The translations under genes and the position numbers were made by a program. The notes under the pieces are model-generated. The model did no database searches. It was not told where the DNA came from and saw nothing but the letters and a program-made list of their open reading frames with translations. Below are positions 1 through 10,526 of a stretch of DNA of 64,000 nt, piece after piece. The stretch covers positions 800,001 through 864,000 of the forward strand of contig OZ244070.1 of NCBI GenBank assembly GCA_965215605.1. The letters are read 5' to 3'. This DNA is from an uncultured Candidatus Binatia bacterium. Its GTDB lineage: Bacteria; Desulfobacterota; Binatia; UBA9968; JAJDTQ01. Every line of letters begins with the position of its first letter. Positions within the stretch are counted from its first letter, which is position 1.

Positions 1-3
1 TCG

Positions 4-2787
4 TCATTGGCCGGACGTTTTACCCTCGGATCTCTCAACACGAACTTGATCCGCCAGCCCGAGATCATCCAGAATCTGCTGCAGATCGGTGTCCAAGTCT
101 TGTGCAAACTTCGAACTGACGTTCACTGAGAAATCAATGCAGACGCGGAGGTCGTTCCCGGACCGAAGCTTGGGCAGGACTTTGGTTCCGAGCCGATTCC
201 AGACTTCGGGGGGCACGGTTCCGGCAATCCGAATTGTTGTATTCGCTGTAGCGGGAGTCGGTACTGGATCAGTTCCCGGCTCAGGCCGTGGCTCCGGTCC
301 GGGGGGTGGCAACGGTTCCGGTGGTGGCGGATGCGGATCTCCCGGTGTCACTTTGAGTGCTTCGGTTTTGGCCTTGGTCAGCAGGAAGACGTTCGCGTCG
401 AACGCCACTTCTTCGACGCCGATCGACTCTGCGTACCACAGCCGGTCGAAGCCACCATCGTTCTTGGCGCCAGACGCCAGGCCGAAGTCTCCGTTTGACA
501 CGAACTCCACGATCTTGCGGCGAAGGATCGCGTCAGGATCGATCAGGCGCGTTAGTGAGCCGTCGAGGAAGCTCTGACGCAGGCTCGTGAGCGGCCAGGC
601 AGCAGAATCCTTAAACGCCGGTGGCCATTGGCGGTCAATGTAACCGGCGCCCACGCTCTCGTTGAGCAGGGCCTCGGCCTTCAACGCACCGATGATCCGG
701 CCGCAAAGCGTCTCACTTGCACTGGAATGTCCGGCTCCGAGGTCGATGATCTTGAGCCCGTGTTGCTCCTGAGTGTCCGCGAGTGCCGCGAAGCGATAGC
801 TGGCCCATACTTCGTCCTTGGCCGCTTCCTCCGCGTCCTTGGCCTTGGTCTGCACTTCGGCGCGGTCTGTGCGGTCGAACTCGGCGCCCAGGACACCCTC
901 GGCTACTTCCCGCGCAACACGTTGCCAAGCGAGCCACAGCTCGACGCGATCCCGAAGTTCTCGCCCCTGCTTCCTCGCACACCAGACCAGCGAACCCGGG
1001 TACAGTCGTGGCGACGTGCCCCGTTCCTTCGTCCATCGGCCAACGCGCTCGACCAACTGATTGCCGTCCTGCCATTCCGACTCCGGATCGAGGACGATCA
1101 ACTTGAGCCGGGGAGAGTCCTGGATCGTAGCGCTGTCCTCCGGGAAGAACACTATCGGGAGGGTTGTGCCTGATTTGAACGCGCCCTCGACGAGCTTTCG
1201 GATGGCTGGATTGATCTCCGTTTCCTCGTCCAGCGAAGCGCGCCGATCGCTAACCACTTTCTTCAATGTTGCCTGGTGATGGATGCGATAACCGTCTGTG
1301 CCGACCTTACGAACAAAAAACGCAGATGCCTCTAGCGCCATGGCGCCGCTGTCGATGGTGGCGGTATCGACCTCGGGTTCGCCGAGCGCGAAGCGCAATT
1401 CCGGCAGGTGAGCCACCTTGTCCACCTGTCCGCCCGAGGACTCGAACAGGACCGCCGTACCCACGCGGCGGTGGATGTCGCGGAGCGCTCCCTGAGCATC
1501 CACATCCAGGGATTTGGCATGGGCCATCGACCCGGCAAGGTCGGCTTCGATAGCCACGTCAAGCCGGGCCTCTCCCAACTGGCCAAGGACTACAGCGCGG
1601 AATTCGGGCACATCTAAAGGAGCTGAGCCCAGCGTGATCAGGGGCTCGGTTCGCGCCTTTTGGAACTGCTCGCGCGCGGCCCAGGAGATCCACTGCGCCA
1701 GCATGGCGAGCGCACCACGGGTTTGCTGGAACTGGGCGAGAGCCCGCCACTTTCGTTGAAAGACCGACAGCGTCGCAGGGTGGAAGGGATAACACGCCTC
1801 AAATCGGCTCCGTAGAAACTCCCTTGCCTTGGTTTCCGTCGTCGCGGTGTCGACTGCCAACCATTCGGAGGGTAGGCGAGCAGTCCGCTCAAAGCACCAG
1901 TCCGCGTAGGTCTTCGCGACCTTCTTACGAATGCGCTCGCTACCAAGGTCCTCGAACAGCCGGCGACGCACCACTTCGCTGATCTCTGATTCGTCATTGG
2001 CGATCAAGTCCCGGGCGACGCGGCGGACCACTTTGGTGATCCGCTCCTGCCACTGCTGATCCCAATCGGTCATTTCCACTTGGCTGCGCGGCAGGCTGAT
2101 GACCGCCGCAGCCCGGGTGGTACCGGTAGCCGCGACCGTCAGGTTCTGCAGGAAAGCGTGGAAACCATCGGCCATGCTTCTGTGCCGGTTGACGAAGTTG
2201 AGCACCTCGTCGAGCAGCAGCAGCACGGGCGCGTGCGCCGCAGCGAACACTTTGGCCAGTGCCTCCGTTCCCGGCGGAGTGGTTCGTGCAGAGGACCCCA
2301 GCGCCGCGACACCCTGATCGCCTGCAAGTTGACGAGCGAGATCGATCCAGGGCGTCTCTCGACCGTCCGTCGGGTCCCACGCATTACCGACGAAGACGCC
2401 GACGCGCGCGGACGGAACTTCTGCCATCCCGACTTCACTAAGGAGCTCGGCTACGCCAGAAAGCTTGGAGGCGTCCCCACCGGCGTTGGCCAAGTGGTAG
2501 AGCGCGGTGAGGGTGTGCGTCTTCCCGCCGCCGAATTGGGTGATCAGAGTAAGGACTGGTGCGGTGTTCTCGGTTTTGCCGGCAAGACGTCGTAGGACCA
2601 TGCCGGCATGCTCCTTCAATGCTCGCGTGAAACACGTGCGCGCAAAGAACTGGGCCGGATCGCGGTAGTCCACGGGCGCCGTCTCGGCGACCACCTGCTC
2701 AAGAGCGATGGCGAACTCGTCCGGGCTGAACGAACGGCCTTCCCGCACTTCCTTACGAAGCATCACAACCTTGTACCAAGGGTCCAC
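4..2787 (-). CDS. DUF499-family AAA+ ATPase of a restriction-like (Gao RL-type) defence system
   Basis: 927 aa; Walker A TQFGGGKTH, Walker B LLLLDE, YPFHP and FQQTRG motifs typical of DUF499. GGAGG precedes the GTG start. The stop overlaps an ATG (ATGA) of a next gene that leaves the window. Confidence 0.9.
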   Translation of the reverse strand: MDPWYKVVMLRKEVREGRSFSPDEFAIALEQVVAETAPVDYRDPAQFFARTCFTRALKEHAGMVLRRLAGKTENTAPVLTLITQFGGGKTHTLTALYHLANAGGDASKLSGVAELLSEVGMAEVPSARVGVFVGNAWDPTDGRETPWIDLARQLAGDQGVAALGSSARTTPPGTEALAKVFAAAHAPVLLLLDEVLNFVNRHRSMADGFHAFLQNLTVAATGTTRAAAVISLPRSQVEMTDWDQQWQERITKVVRRVARDLIANDESEISEVVRRRLFEDLGSERIRKKVAKTYADWCFERTARLPSEWLAVDTATTETKAREFLRSRFEACYPFHPATLSVFQRKWRALAQFQQTRGALAMLAQWISWAAREQFQKARTEPLITLGSAPLDVPEFRAVVLGQLGEARLDVAIEADLAGSMAHAKSLDVDAQGALRDIHRRVGTAVLFESSGGQVDKVAHLPELRFALGEPEVDTATIDSGAMALEASAFFVRKVGTDGYRIHHQATLKKVVSDRRASLDEETEINPAIRKLVEGAFKSGTTLPIVFFPEDSATIQDSPRLKLIVLDPESEWQDGNQLVERVGRWTKERGTSPRLYPGSLVWCARKQGRELRDRVELWLAWQRVAREVAEGVLGAEFDRTDRAEVQTKAKDAEEAAKDEVWASYRFAALADTQEQHGLKIIDLGAGHSSASETLCGRIIGALKAEALLNESVGAGYIDRQWPPAFKDSAAWPLTSLRQSFLDGSLTRLIDPDAILRRKIVEFVSNGDFGLASGAKNDGGFDRLWYAESIGVEEVAFDANVFLLTKAKTEALKVTPGDPHPPPPEPLPPPGPEPRPEPGTDPVPTPATANTTIRIAGTVPPEVWNRLGTKVLPKLRSGNDLRVCIDFSVNVSSKFAQDLDTDLQQILDDLGLADQVRVERSEGKTSGQ

Positions 2788-2799
2788 GTTTTCCTCCGG

Positions 2800-3744
2800 T
2801 TATGGCCTTCTCATTCGTTCGAACAATTCGAGGGCCGGCTGTTTCAGGCGCGCTAGATTCGCATAGGCGACGGGGGCGAAGTCCTTGCTCGCTTCGTACA
2901 TTCGATAGCGTATGCCATCAGTAACGACCACATCCCGCGGAACGCCAAGGGCCGAGACATACCCAATTGCCTGATCGAGCGCGCCTTCAACGCCTGCGCC
3001 CAGTCGCTTAGCCTCAATCAGGTAGTGGCAGTGCTCCGGGCTTCTAGGCAGCTTGGAGAACACACACACGTCAATGTTGCGCCACTTCACCGCAATCCTC
3101 TCAACAGGCCAGCCCAGGGCGCGCAGGAAAGGAATGACGCAATGCGCAACCAACTCGTCCTCCATCGGTCGCTCCCCGAAGGCATCCTCATCCCAATAGA
3201 GGCTCGAAAGGTCCTGGACTTGAGCGACAATCTCCCGCAAATCACTAGGCGGCGCCTCAAGCTTCGGTTCCTCGGCCGGCAAGACTGGTAAAGCGCGTAT
3301 TTGCCAATCCGTCGGCGGCGACCGAACGAAGCGATTGGCATACTCGACGATGTTCCCAGCTTGGACACGCGACAGCCGAGGGGGATTAGCCCCGAAAACT
3401 GGTCCGCCAAACTCATAGGGCTCCGGCAGCGGACACCATCGCACCCGCCGACCGTGCTGCAAGTCCCAGCCGTTCACGTCATCGAACTGTGGCAGGTACT
3501 GGTACGCGGATGCGACCAATCCAACCGCACGTATAGACGAAAGGCCCGTTCGAAGCAGCAGCACGTCTCCGGTGCACAGCTCGGCGGCGAACCTTCGGAC
3601 AAACCCACCATCGAATTCCTCGTCGGACCGTTCCGAACGCCACGGCCCTGCATCACCAGGACCGATCAGTGCTACGCCGTGGTTCAAGAACTGATCGGCG
3701 TAGGACCGATCGGAAGGGCCAGCGGATACTTGCCAAATCGTCAC
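2800..3744 (-). CDS. EVE/PUA-like N-terminal domain fused to an HsdR_N-type PD-(D/E)xK nuclease
   Basis: GTG at 3744 follows GGAGG (314 aa). The N-terminus (WQVSAG..F...GVALIG..GDVLLLR..VGLV..Y.Y..RRVRW) resembles McrB/Mrr N-terminal reader domains. The C-terminus has IPFLRALGW..ID..IEAKR..QAIGY..VVTDG, typical of HsdR N-terminal nucleases. Confidence 0.7.
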   Translation of the reverse strand: MTIWQVSAGPSDRSYADQFLNHGVALIGPGDAGPWRSERSDEEFDGGFVRRFAAELCTGDVLLLRTGLSSIRAVGLVASAYQYLPQFDDVNGWDLQHGRRVRWCPLPEPYEFGGPVFGANPPRLSRVQAGNIVEYANRFVRSPPTDWQIRALPVLPAEEPKLEAPPSDLREIVAQVQDLSSLYWDEDAFGERPMEDELVAHCVIPFLRALGWPVERIAVKWRNIDVCVFSKLPRSPEHCHYLIEAKRLGAGVEGALDQAIGYVSALGVPRDVVVTDGIRYRMYEASKDFAPVAYANLARLKQPALELFERMRRP

Positions 3745-3769
3745 CGCGTCTCCTCCGAGTGCCACGTCG

Positions 3770-5456
3770 TCACCGCGGTACCGCCAACAGCATGGCGTCG
3801 AGGAGCCGCTTTTCCTGACTGCCGCGCGGATACAGCGCGGAAAGCGCGTTGGCAAGCCGTAGAAATTCGGGACCGCGATCCTGCTCGGCGCCGATGAGCT
3901 TCCGTAGTGCGTTTGCGTGGCCGCTAGCCTGCAGCAGCATGGCCGCATGCACGCGGTCCAGCGTGGTCGCATCGATCGTCTGAAGCTCGGCATCGCCGTC
4001 AAGGATCGATCTCTTTCCCCGACGCCGGTTTCTTGTCTTCGGAGTTGCGTCCAATTCAGGGAAGAGCGTCGCCTGCAGGTTGGCGTTCGGGTCGCTCTCG
4101 ATCCAATCAGCAGCGGCGGTAGCGCCGTCTCCGCCAAAAAGAGAGTTGGCTCTTTCCGCCACCGGCAGTAGGCGTACCAGACCCTTTCTTTGACCGATGA
4201 TGCGGCCGGTCCAGGTGTCGAGGTCAATGCCCATTGGTTGAGCAAAGCGACGCACGACGTCGAAGGGGAGACTGAATCCCTTGGCCGCTACCTTGGCGAC
4301 TGCTTCTTCGTTCTCGTCTATCTTGCCGTTCTCTTCTGAGGTTTCCGTGCTCTGAAGGGTCCAGAGGAACAGCGCGGTCAGGCGAGCGTCCTCTTCCAGC
4401 GCAGTGGCCACGCCGGTTGAGGCTTGGGCTACTGCCGTGCCCAGCACCTGCCGGAGCGCAGCGCGGCCCACGACTTCCCAGACTTTCTCCAAATACTCGG
4501 GCAGCCCAACCTCGCGGCCCTCAGCGGTCTCGACTGCGCGGTAGCGGCTGAACACCTCAAGCGCGGGACCGATACAGGCGAACACCAAGTCGGCGCCGCG
4601 GATGCCTTCGCTTTGAAGTCGAGTCATCCAGTCACCAACGCGCACCGGCAACTCCCGCAGCACATCGCCCCAGTCACCGACTGAGGCGTGCTCAGGCCTT
4701 GGGCGGCACACTAGGTGAACGCTAGTCGCCAGCGCTGCTGAGTCACGGGCACGCATGCGTGCCGCTCGTTCAGTCGCGATCGGCCATGACGCTGTTACGA
4801 CAAGACCCCCTCGAATCATACCTGACAGAAACGCTTCCCAGCCGTCCGTCGTCTTGTGCGCGAAAACCACGCAGCTAACTCCATCCTCGCGAAGTACGCG
4901 TCGGCCCTCAGCAAACGCCTTCGCCATGGTGTTTTCGAACCAAACACCATCTTTCACACCATTGTCGACGCACTTCGACTTGTCCTGCACCGCTTCATCG
5001 ACCTTGGGAGAAAGTGGGTTCTCCGCATCGAACGGATCGGCAAGTAGCGAGTGACCTGGTAATGCACGCTTTAACCACACAAGAAAAAAGTCAGCGAGGT
5101 CCGCATAGGGAACCGCAGCATAATATGGTGGGTCGGTAAACCACACGTGAGCCGATTGATCGGGCAAAGGATTGTCCGTCGCATCTGCAAGCAGGGGAGA
5201 GGACGGACTGGCTTGAGGTATTACAGTTGTTTCGGCATTCCGCGCCGTTGCGGTCACAATCGACGCGATAGAACCGCTTGCTAACGAAAATACATTGCTC
5301 TCCGCGAAATCCCATCCCATTGGCAACTGGTTACCTTTGAACAGGTGATCTGCGCATTCCACGCCGAGGCTCCAATTCACAAGGTTGTTGGACCGGTTGG
5401 CTAACTTCGAACAAACCATCGCCAGAACAGATGCACAGTCTGCGGAGACTGATCCA
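3770..5456 (-). pseudogene. 3' half of a DUF1156-type adenine DNA methyltransferase, truncated by IS3
   Basis: FTDPPYY catalytic motif, YADLADFF, FAHKT and SWPIATE motifs. The frame stays open up to the IS end at 5457; motif I and the N-terminal half are absent. Confidence 0.85.
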
Positions 5457-5523
5457 TGAGGTGGTCCTGGAAAATCGGACAGGTTGCTAAGGTGTATTCC
5501 ACCGACTTAGGGAGGGATACGCA

Positions 5524-5805
5524 ATGAGCACACGACGAAGGTTCAGCGGAGAGTTCAAGGCGAAGGTGGCGCTGGAGGCGCTGCGGGGGGACAAGACGAT
5601 CCAGGAGATCGCTGTGCGGCACAAGGTTCATCCGAACCAGGTGAGCACGTGGAAGCAGCGTGCGGTGGAGGGGATGAAGGAGGTTTTCACGAAGGGTGCG
5701 GAGCGGACGAGGGGCGACCACGAGGGGGAGGTTCGGGACCTGCACGCGAAGATCGGGGAGTTGACGGTGGAGCGGGATTTTTTGGCCAAAGGGCTCAAGT
5801 GGTGA
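5524..5805 (+). CDS. IS3 transposase OrfA (HTH)
   Basis: RRRFSGEFKAKVALEAL...VHPNQVSTWK; coiled-coil end ERDFL over a TTTTTT run, a possible -1 frameshift site. Confidence 0.93.
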   Translation: MSTRRRFSGEFKAKVALEALRGDKTIQEIAVRHKVHPNQVSTWKQRAVEGMKEVFTKGAERTRGDHEGEVRDLHAKIGELTVERDFLAKGLKW

Positions 5806-6725
5806 GCCGGGAGAAGCGCCGGGGGATGATCGAGCCCGGCCATCCCAAGCTCAGCTTGAGCCGTCAATGCCATCTGCTTCGAGTGAGTCGATCCTCCGTG
5901 TACCACAGGCCCAAGGGCGAGAGCGCGGAGAATCTGGCGCTGATGCGCCGGATCGACAAGCTGTTCCTGGAGTACCCCTTCTACGGCAGCCGCCAGATGG
6001 TCCGCCATCTGTGGCGGGAGGGCGACCGTGTGGGTCGTCACCGGGTGCGGCGTCTGATGCGCCTGATGGGTCTCCAGGCCATCTACCAGGCGCCGCGGAC
6101 CACCCGACCGCATCCCGAGCACCGGGTCTACCCCTATCGGCTCAAGGGGGTCGCCATCGAACGGCCCAATCACGCGTGGACCGCAGATATAACCTATATC
6201 CCTGTCCAGAAGGGCTTCCTGTACCTGGTGGCGGTGATGGACTGGGCCACCCGCCGGGTGCTCTCCTGGAGGCTGTCGAACACCCTCGATGCCCGCTTCT
6301 GTGTCGAGGCCCTCTCAGAGGCTCTGGAACGCTACGGCCCTCCCGAGATCTTCAACACCGACCAGGGCAGCCAGTTCACCAGCCTGGAGTTCACCTCCGT
6401 GCTCAAGGACGCCGGCGTCGCCATCTCCATGGACGGCAGGGGCCGGTGCATGGACAACATCTTCATCGAGCGCCTGTGGCGCTCCCTCAAGTACGAGGCC
6501 GTCTACCTGCACGAGCTCTCGGACGGCTTCGCCGCCCAAAGGACCATCGCCAACTGGCTCCACTTCTACAACACCCAAAGGCCTCATTCCGCCCTCGCCG
6601 GCTCCACCCCGGCGGAGGCCTACGAACGAGGACTCCAGAGGCAGGCCGGACCTCACACCCCGCCCGCCCCTCTGCCAGTTCCATCGGAACACGAAGACGT
6701 GATAAACGGCACCTTGGCAGCATGA
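5802..6725 (+). CDS. IS3 transposase OrfB (DDE integrase core)
   Basis: WTADITYI, NTDQGSQF, DNIFIERLWRSLKYE and YN..RPHS motifs. Confidence 0.93.
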   Translation: MSREKRRGMIEPGHPKLSLSRQCHLLRVSRSSVYHRPKGESAENLALMRRIDKLFLEYPFYGSRQMVRHLWREGDRVGRHRVRRLMRLMGLQAIYQAPRTTRPHPEHRVYPYRLKGVAIERPNHAWTADITYIPVQKGFLYLVAVMDWATRRVLSWRLSNTLDARFCVEALSEALERYGPPEIFNTDQGSQFTSLEFTSVLKDAGVAISMDGRGRCMDNIFIERLWRSLKYEAVYLHELSDGFAAQRTIANWLHFYNTQRPHSALAGSTPAEAYERGLQRQAGPHTPPAPLPVPSEHEDVINGTLAA

Positions 6726-6788
6726 TCGAACGTCTGGAATACACCTTATCTCCGCCGCCTACCTGTCCTACAAACCAGGACCACCTCA

Positions 6789-7371
6789 GATTGACGCCAA
6801 ATTGATCGCGAATGTCGCTGCCCTTGAGCACGAGGAACTTTTCGTCGAACTTCTCCTTGAGTTCACGCTGCCACTGAAACGCCAAGTTGGCGGGGCAAAC
6901 GACGAGAACCCTTTCAATGAGTCCCCGCAGCTTGAGTTCACGGATTAGGAGGCCGGCCATGATGGTCTTGCCGGCACCGGCATCGTCGGCGAGCAAGAAA
7001 CGCACACTGGGGAGTTTGAGGAGGTATTCGTAGACCGCTTCAAGCTGGTGGGGCAGCGGGTCCACGCGGGAGATGGAAAGCCCGAAGTAGGGATCGAACT
7101 CGTAGGCGATGCCGAGCGAATAGGCTTGGAGGCCGATCCGCAGAAGCCGCCCGTCGCCGTCGTAGGAAAGAGCGGTATCGGCGATGGTCAGGTTTGAGAT
7201 GTCATCCGAGGTGAGCGTGACGCGGCGGAACTGCTCAGACCGCAGACCAACGAGGCCCGCGATCCAGACGTTGGGACCGTTTGGGCGAACCGTCTCCACC
7301 TGCATTGGCTCGCTGAACAACGGTCCAGTCAGAACTTGACCTTCCCGGATAGTCACTTCAGCACTCAACAT
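6789..7371 (-). pseudogene. 5' fragment (~194 codons) of a SNF2-family helicase, truncated by IS3
   Basis: ATG at 7371 after AAGGAG. Motifs PLPHQLEAV, LLADDAGAGKTIMAG (Walker A) and VVCPANLAFQWQREL. Breaks at the IS right end before the DEAH motif. Confidence 0.88.
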
Positions 7372-7535
7372 TGACTCCTTGTTCCCAGCCGTTCTTGCTG
7401 GCTGCCGGCACGAATCTCCGCCGCCGTCACCGTCGAAACGAAAAGCTCCCACGTCGGCCGCTGCTACAGCCAGGCCAGAGTATCCGAATGCGGGTCATCG
7501 CGCATCAGTTCGGAAGCGGCATTGGTGTCAAGAGG

Positions 7536-8429
7536 CTACCTTGGCTGCGCAGCGAAGAATTCGAAGGTGAATTGATCCTCGGACCGCGCGTCAACAACGG
7601 CTCGGTAGGCACGCGCCATAAAGTTGGGGGCCTCCTCATGATCGCTCGCGTGTAGCATGTAGTACATGATGTTCCCCGAATCATCTTGTTGCCGTATTGC
7701 GTAGGCGTCGACGAAGGTGTATCCGAGGTCGTTTTTCAGCCGGTCGGCAAACGCCTGGCATCTCTGGGGCCGCTGCCACTCAGCGAAGGACGCCCAGTCG
7801 TTTCGACCCCACCAGCGGGCCAACGTCTCTCTTTTTGTGTCTTCGTGCATGGCTGCGACGGCACGCTCAAACCAACTGTTCGGCAGAAAGTAAAACAGCT
7901 CGATTTTTCGGCGTCGCGGGTCCTGATAACGTGCGAGGGCTTCTACCGTGGCCCAGTCGCATTCAAATGTTTGCTGATCCAGAAGGCAAAAGACGGCCTC
8001 TCTCTCCCCGATGTCGCCGGATTCGAGCAAGTGCTGGACACTTCGATTGAAGTCCGTGTGGTAGACCTGAATGTCGCGGTCGGGGTGATCGGCTTTCAGG
8101 GCCTGCAGACGACGGGCTTTGGAGGTGTCGTTGTCAAAGAGGTGAAAGTGGCGGAGCCACTTGGGTTCCATCTCCAAGGCCAACTTTGCCGCCCAACTAT
8201 CAGGATGGTCGATGGCCTGTGGTCCGGCAAACCCGTCCATATACGTGCCGTGCTTCGTAACCATCACGAAGTAATGGAGGTACCGCTCGATCAGCTTGGC
8301 CTTGTTCTCTGTCCAGATAGGTGGTGGAGTGACGCCCCTGCGCTTCCCTCTCGGGGCGTAGGCTGTCTTTGGCGGCGGGATCTCGAAAGGGAGGGTTTCC
8401 GTCTGGCTAGTATGCTTCTTGCGTGCCAT
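7536..8429 (-). CDS. tcmP: Three-Cys-motif partner protein (TcmP family, SAM-dependent methyltransferase-like fold)
   Basis: [26 protein letters not shown] motifs; overlaps the DUF5131 gene, its usual partner. Confidence 0.8.
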   Translation of the reverse strand: MARKKHTSQTETLPFEIPPPKTAYAPRGKRRGVTPPPIWTENKAKLIERYLHYFVMVTKHGTYMDGFAGPQAIDHPDSWAAKLALEMEPKWLRHFHLFDNDTSKARRLQALKADHPDRDIQVYHTDFNRSVQHLLESGDIGEREAVFCLLDQQTFECDWATVEALARYQDPRRRKIELFYFLPNSWFERAVAAMHEDTKRETLARWWGRNDWASFAEWQRPQRCQAFADRLKNDLGYTFVDAYAIRQQDDSGNIMYYMLHASDHEEAPNFMARAYRAVVDARSEDQFTFEFFAAQPR

Positions 8430-9168
8430 CCGGAGTTGCTAGTCCATGCTGCATTAGACCAACGCGGGGCATGCCGTTCCACTCTCTGTTGTCAAGCATC
8501 CTGCCGCCGGACTTGGCGGTTCTGCCGCCCCATTGCTTGAAGAAGAAGGGAACCGCCGCAGCGGAGCATTGAAGAACGATATCCCGGACCCACCGAGTCT
8601 CGATGGGGCGGTGGTCAGGCCCGCTTTCGCCACCCACAATCACCCAGTCAATGCCCTCCAGGGGTAGCCGGTCTATCGGCCCGAGTAACGGCTCCAGGGA
8701 CAGGAACTTCACGGCCGCCGGGGTCTTGGCGAGATCCTCAATTCTCCAAAGGTAGTCCTCACTTTCGACGGACACACCCTGCCAGATGTTGGGGGACCAG
8801 GAGAGTTCGCTACACAATTCAGACAGACGCCTTGACCGCTTCGTCAACACCTGAAAGACATGCCACGGAGCCTGCCCCATCGTCTGAAACACGTCCCGGA
8901 TGAATCGGTCCGGTACTAACTCGTGGAAGAGGTCGCTCATGCTGTTGACGAAGATCCGACGCGAACTCTTCCACCTCAGAGGCAACTCCAACTGGTCTCG
9001 ATGCAAGGTAACGGAGAAGCCGTTGGTATAGCGCGGGTTCGCCATCCTTTGGAGGCGCGTGGCCAGCCGCTCGGCGTAGCAGTGCTTGCACCCCGGGCTG
9101 ACTTTCGTGCACCCGGTGACCGGATTCCAGGTTGCGTCTGTCCACTCTATAGGTGAATTCTCGGCCAT
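8407..9168 (-). CDS. DUF5131 / phage Gp37-Gp68 family protein (radical-SAM-like three-Cys motif)
   Basis: [50 protein letters not shown] and FFFKQWGG motifs. Confidence 0.92.
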   Translation of the reverse strand: MAENSPIEWTDATWNPVTGCTKVSPGCKHCYAERLATRLQRMANPRYTNGFSVTLHRDQLELPLRWKSSRRIFVNSMSDLFHELVPDRFIRDVFQTMGQAPWHVFQVLTKRSRRLSELCSELSWSPNIWQGVSVESEDYLWRIEDLAKTPAAVKFLSLEPLLGPIDRLPLEGIDWVIVGGESGPDHRPIETRWVRDIVLQCSAAAVPFFFKQWGGRTAKSGGRMLDNREWNGMPRVGLMQHGLATPDGTQEAY

Positions 9169-9330
9169 TTCTCCGGAAGGTACTGGGTCAGCGGTCCGAT
9201 TGCAAGGCAGCTACCGGGCCATACTGGAACAGGGGGCCGATGCCCGGAGCCAACATTAGGGGCTTTGCCTAGCGACCCGCATGCCTGAGTATCCGTGCCG
9301 TTGTATGACAGGCAGGGTTCAAACCCGCCC

Positions 9331-10401
9331 CTACCGTTCGTCCTCGTACCAGTCGTCGATGGAGAACTCCTTGCCCAGGCCCCGCTCCCGGGCAAGCGCC
9401 ACGGCTCTGCCTCCCAGCGCCGCGAACTGGGCGCCGAAACCCACGTTGTTGCAGAAGAACGTGATCTCCCGATCGTTTTCGCGGGAACGCGCCTGCCCGG
9501 TTATCACCTCGCCCAGCTCGGCGTAGTCGTCCCAGGGCACGTTCTTTTCGAATGGCGCGAAACGCGGCGCCAGCGTTTCCCGTAGAACCGGGGGCGCGAA
9601 GTTCAGTCCCTCGTTGCAGCGGCCCTCGCGCATGCTCAGCACCGTGTGGTCCGCGCGGGTGAAGCAGGCCTCGTCGATATCGCGTCCGGAAATGGCGTCC
9701 AGATGCACTCCCGGACCGAGCCACTCCCCGAAGAACACCGGATCGATGGTGTTGGTGCAGACGACGACGATGTCGACGCCTCGCGCGGCCGCCACCGGAT
9801 TGTCCACGGCTTCGGCGTCGAGGTGAAGGTTTTGCCTCGCGTTCTCGGCGAACCGTTCCCGGTTCGCCCGGGTGGGGCTGAACACCTTGACGGACTTCAG
9901 CGTGCGGACTACCCCGAGGCCCATCAGCACACCCTCGGCAAGCCAGCCCGAGCCGATGACGCCGACGCGGGACCCATCCGCCGGGGCCAAGTATTCGGCT
10001 GCGACTCCATGCGTGCCGGCGATGCGCAGCTTCTGCAAATACGCATCCTGCACCACCGCCTGGAGGTCGGCCGTCTCCAGGTCGAAGATCAGGTCGAAGG
10101 CGAGGAACTTGCCGTTCTTCTTGGGCACCTTGTCGTACCGCTGGTTTTCGCCGATGCGCGGCCAGCGGTGCAGGTCCGGAAGGATCCGCATGCCCACCGA
10201 GCCCAGGGCGGGGACGATGCCGTCCATGGTCCGCAGCTCCACGAAGGTCCCCGGTTCAGAGGTCTCGGCGAAGGTCTGGCTGCGCGTGCGGGTGACCGCC
10301 GTCCCCGCGGCGAGGCCGCGATAGGTCTCCCTCATCACCTCCACCGCCGTTTCCGCCGAGATCAGTTCCTTGACATCGCTGTTGCTCAAAAGAATCGGCA
10401 T
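9331..10401 (-). CDS. Ornithine cyclodeaminase / mu-crystallin family protein
   Basis: Start MPILLS after GGAGG; LRIAG, GVIGSGWLA, VFSPTRANRE and REITFF..VG motifs. Confidence 0.85.
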   Translation of the reverse strand: MPILLSNSDVKELISAETAVEVMRETYRGLAAGTAVTRTRSQTFAETSEPGTFVELRTMDGIVPALGSVGMRILPDLHRWPRIGENQRYDKVPKKNGKFLAFDLIFDLETADLQAVVQDAYLQKLRIAGTHGVAAEYLAPADGSRVGVIGSGWLAEGVLMGLGVVRTLKSVKVFSPTRANRERFAENARQNLHLDAEAVDNPVAAARGVDIVVVCTNTIDPVFFGEWLGPGVHLDAISGRDIDEACFTRADHTVLSMREGRCNEGLNFAPPVLRETLAPRFAPFEKNVPWDDYAELGEVITGQARSRENDREITFFCNNVGFGAQFAALGGRAVALARERGLGKEFSIDDWYEDER

Positions 10402-10526
10402 GGTCACCTCCGGTCTCTGTCCGCCGTCTTGCCTCCATCCGGACAATTGCGGTATGGCTGCGGTCGTCCCATCGGAACTTTGGATCGTGCCCGGGCATGG
10501 CCCGTTTGATAAGGGAGGACCCTCCG

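Larger units (their letters stand above)
5457..6788 (+). mobile_element. IS3-family insertion sequence (1332 bp)
   Basis: TG...CA ends. Inverted repeats TGAGGTGGTCCTGG..GGACAGGT..TAAGGTGTATTCCA at both ends. orfA/orfB arrangement. No flanking target duplication. Confidence 0.95.

Noticed and set aside
270-345. Pro-rich stretch in the DUF499 protein as a repeat element
   Set aside because: An ordinary low-complexity interdomain linker.
3745-4245. N-terminal extension of ORF 2800..4245
   Set aside because: It overlaps the methylase in another frame; a GGAGG plus GTG at 3744 gives a better start.
6487-7452. 321-aa helicase ORF as a complete gene or helicase-transposase fusion
   Set aside because: After 6789 the frame simply reads into the antisense strand of the IS; helicase motifs II-VI are missing.
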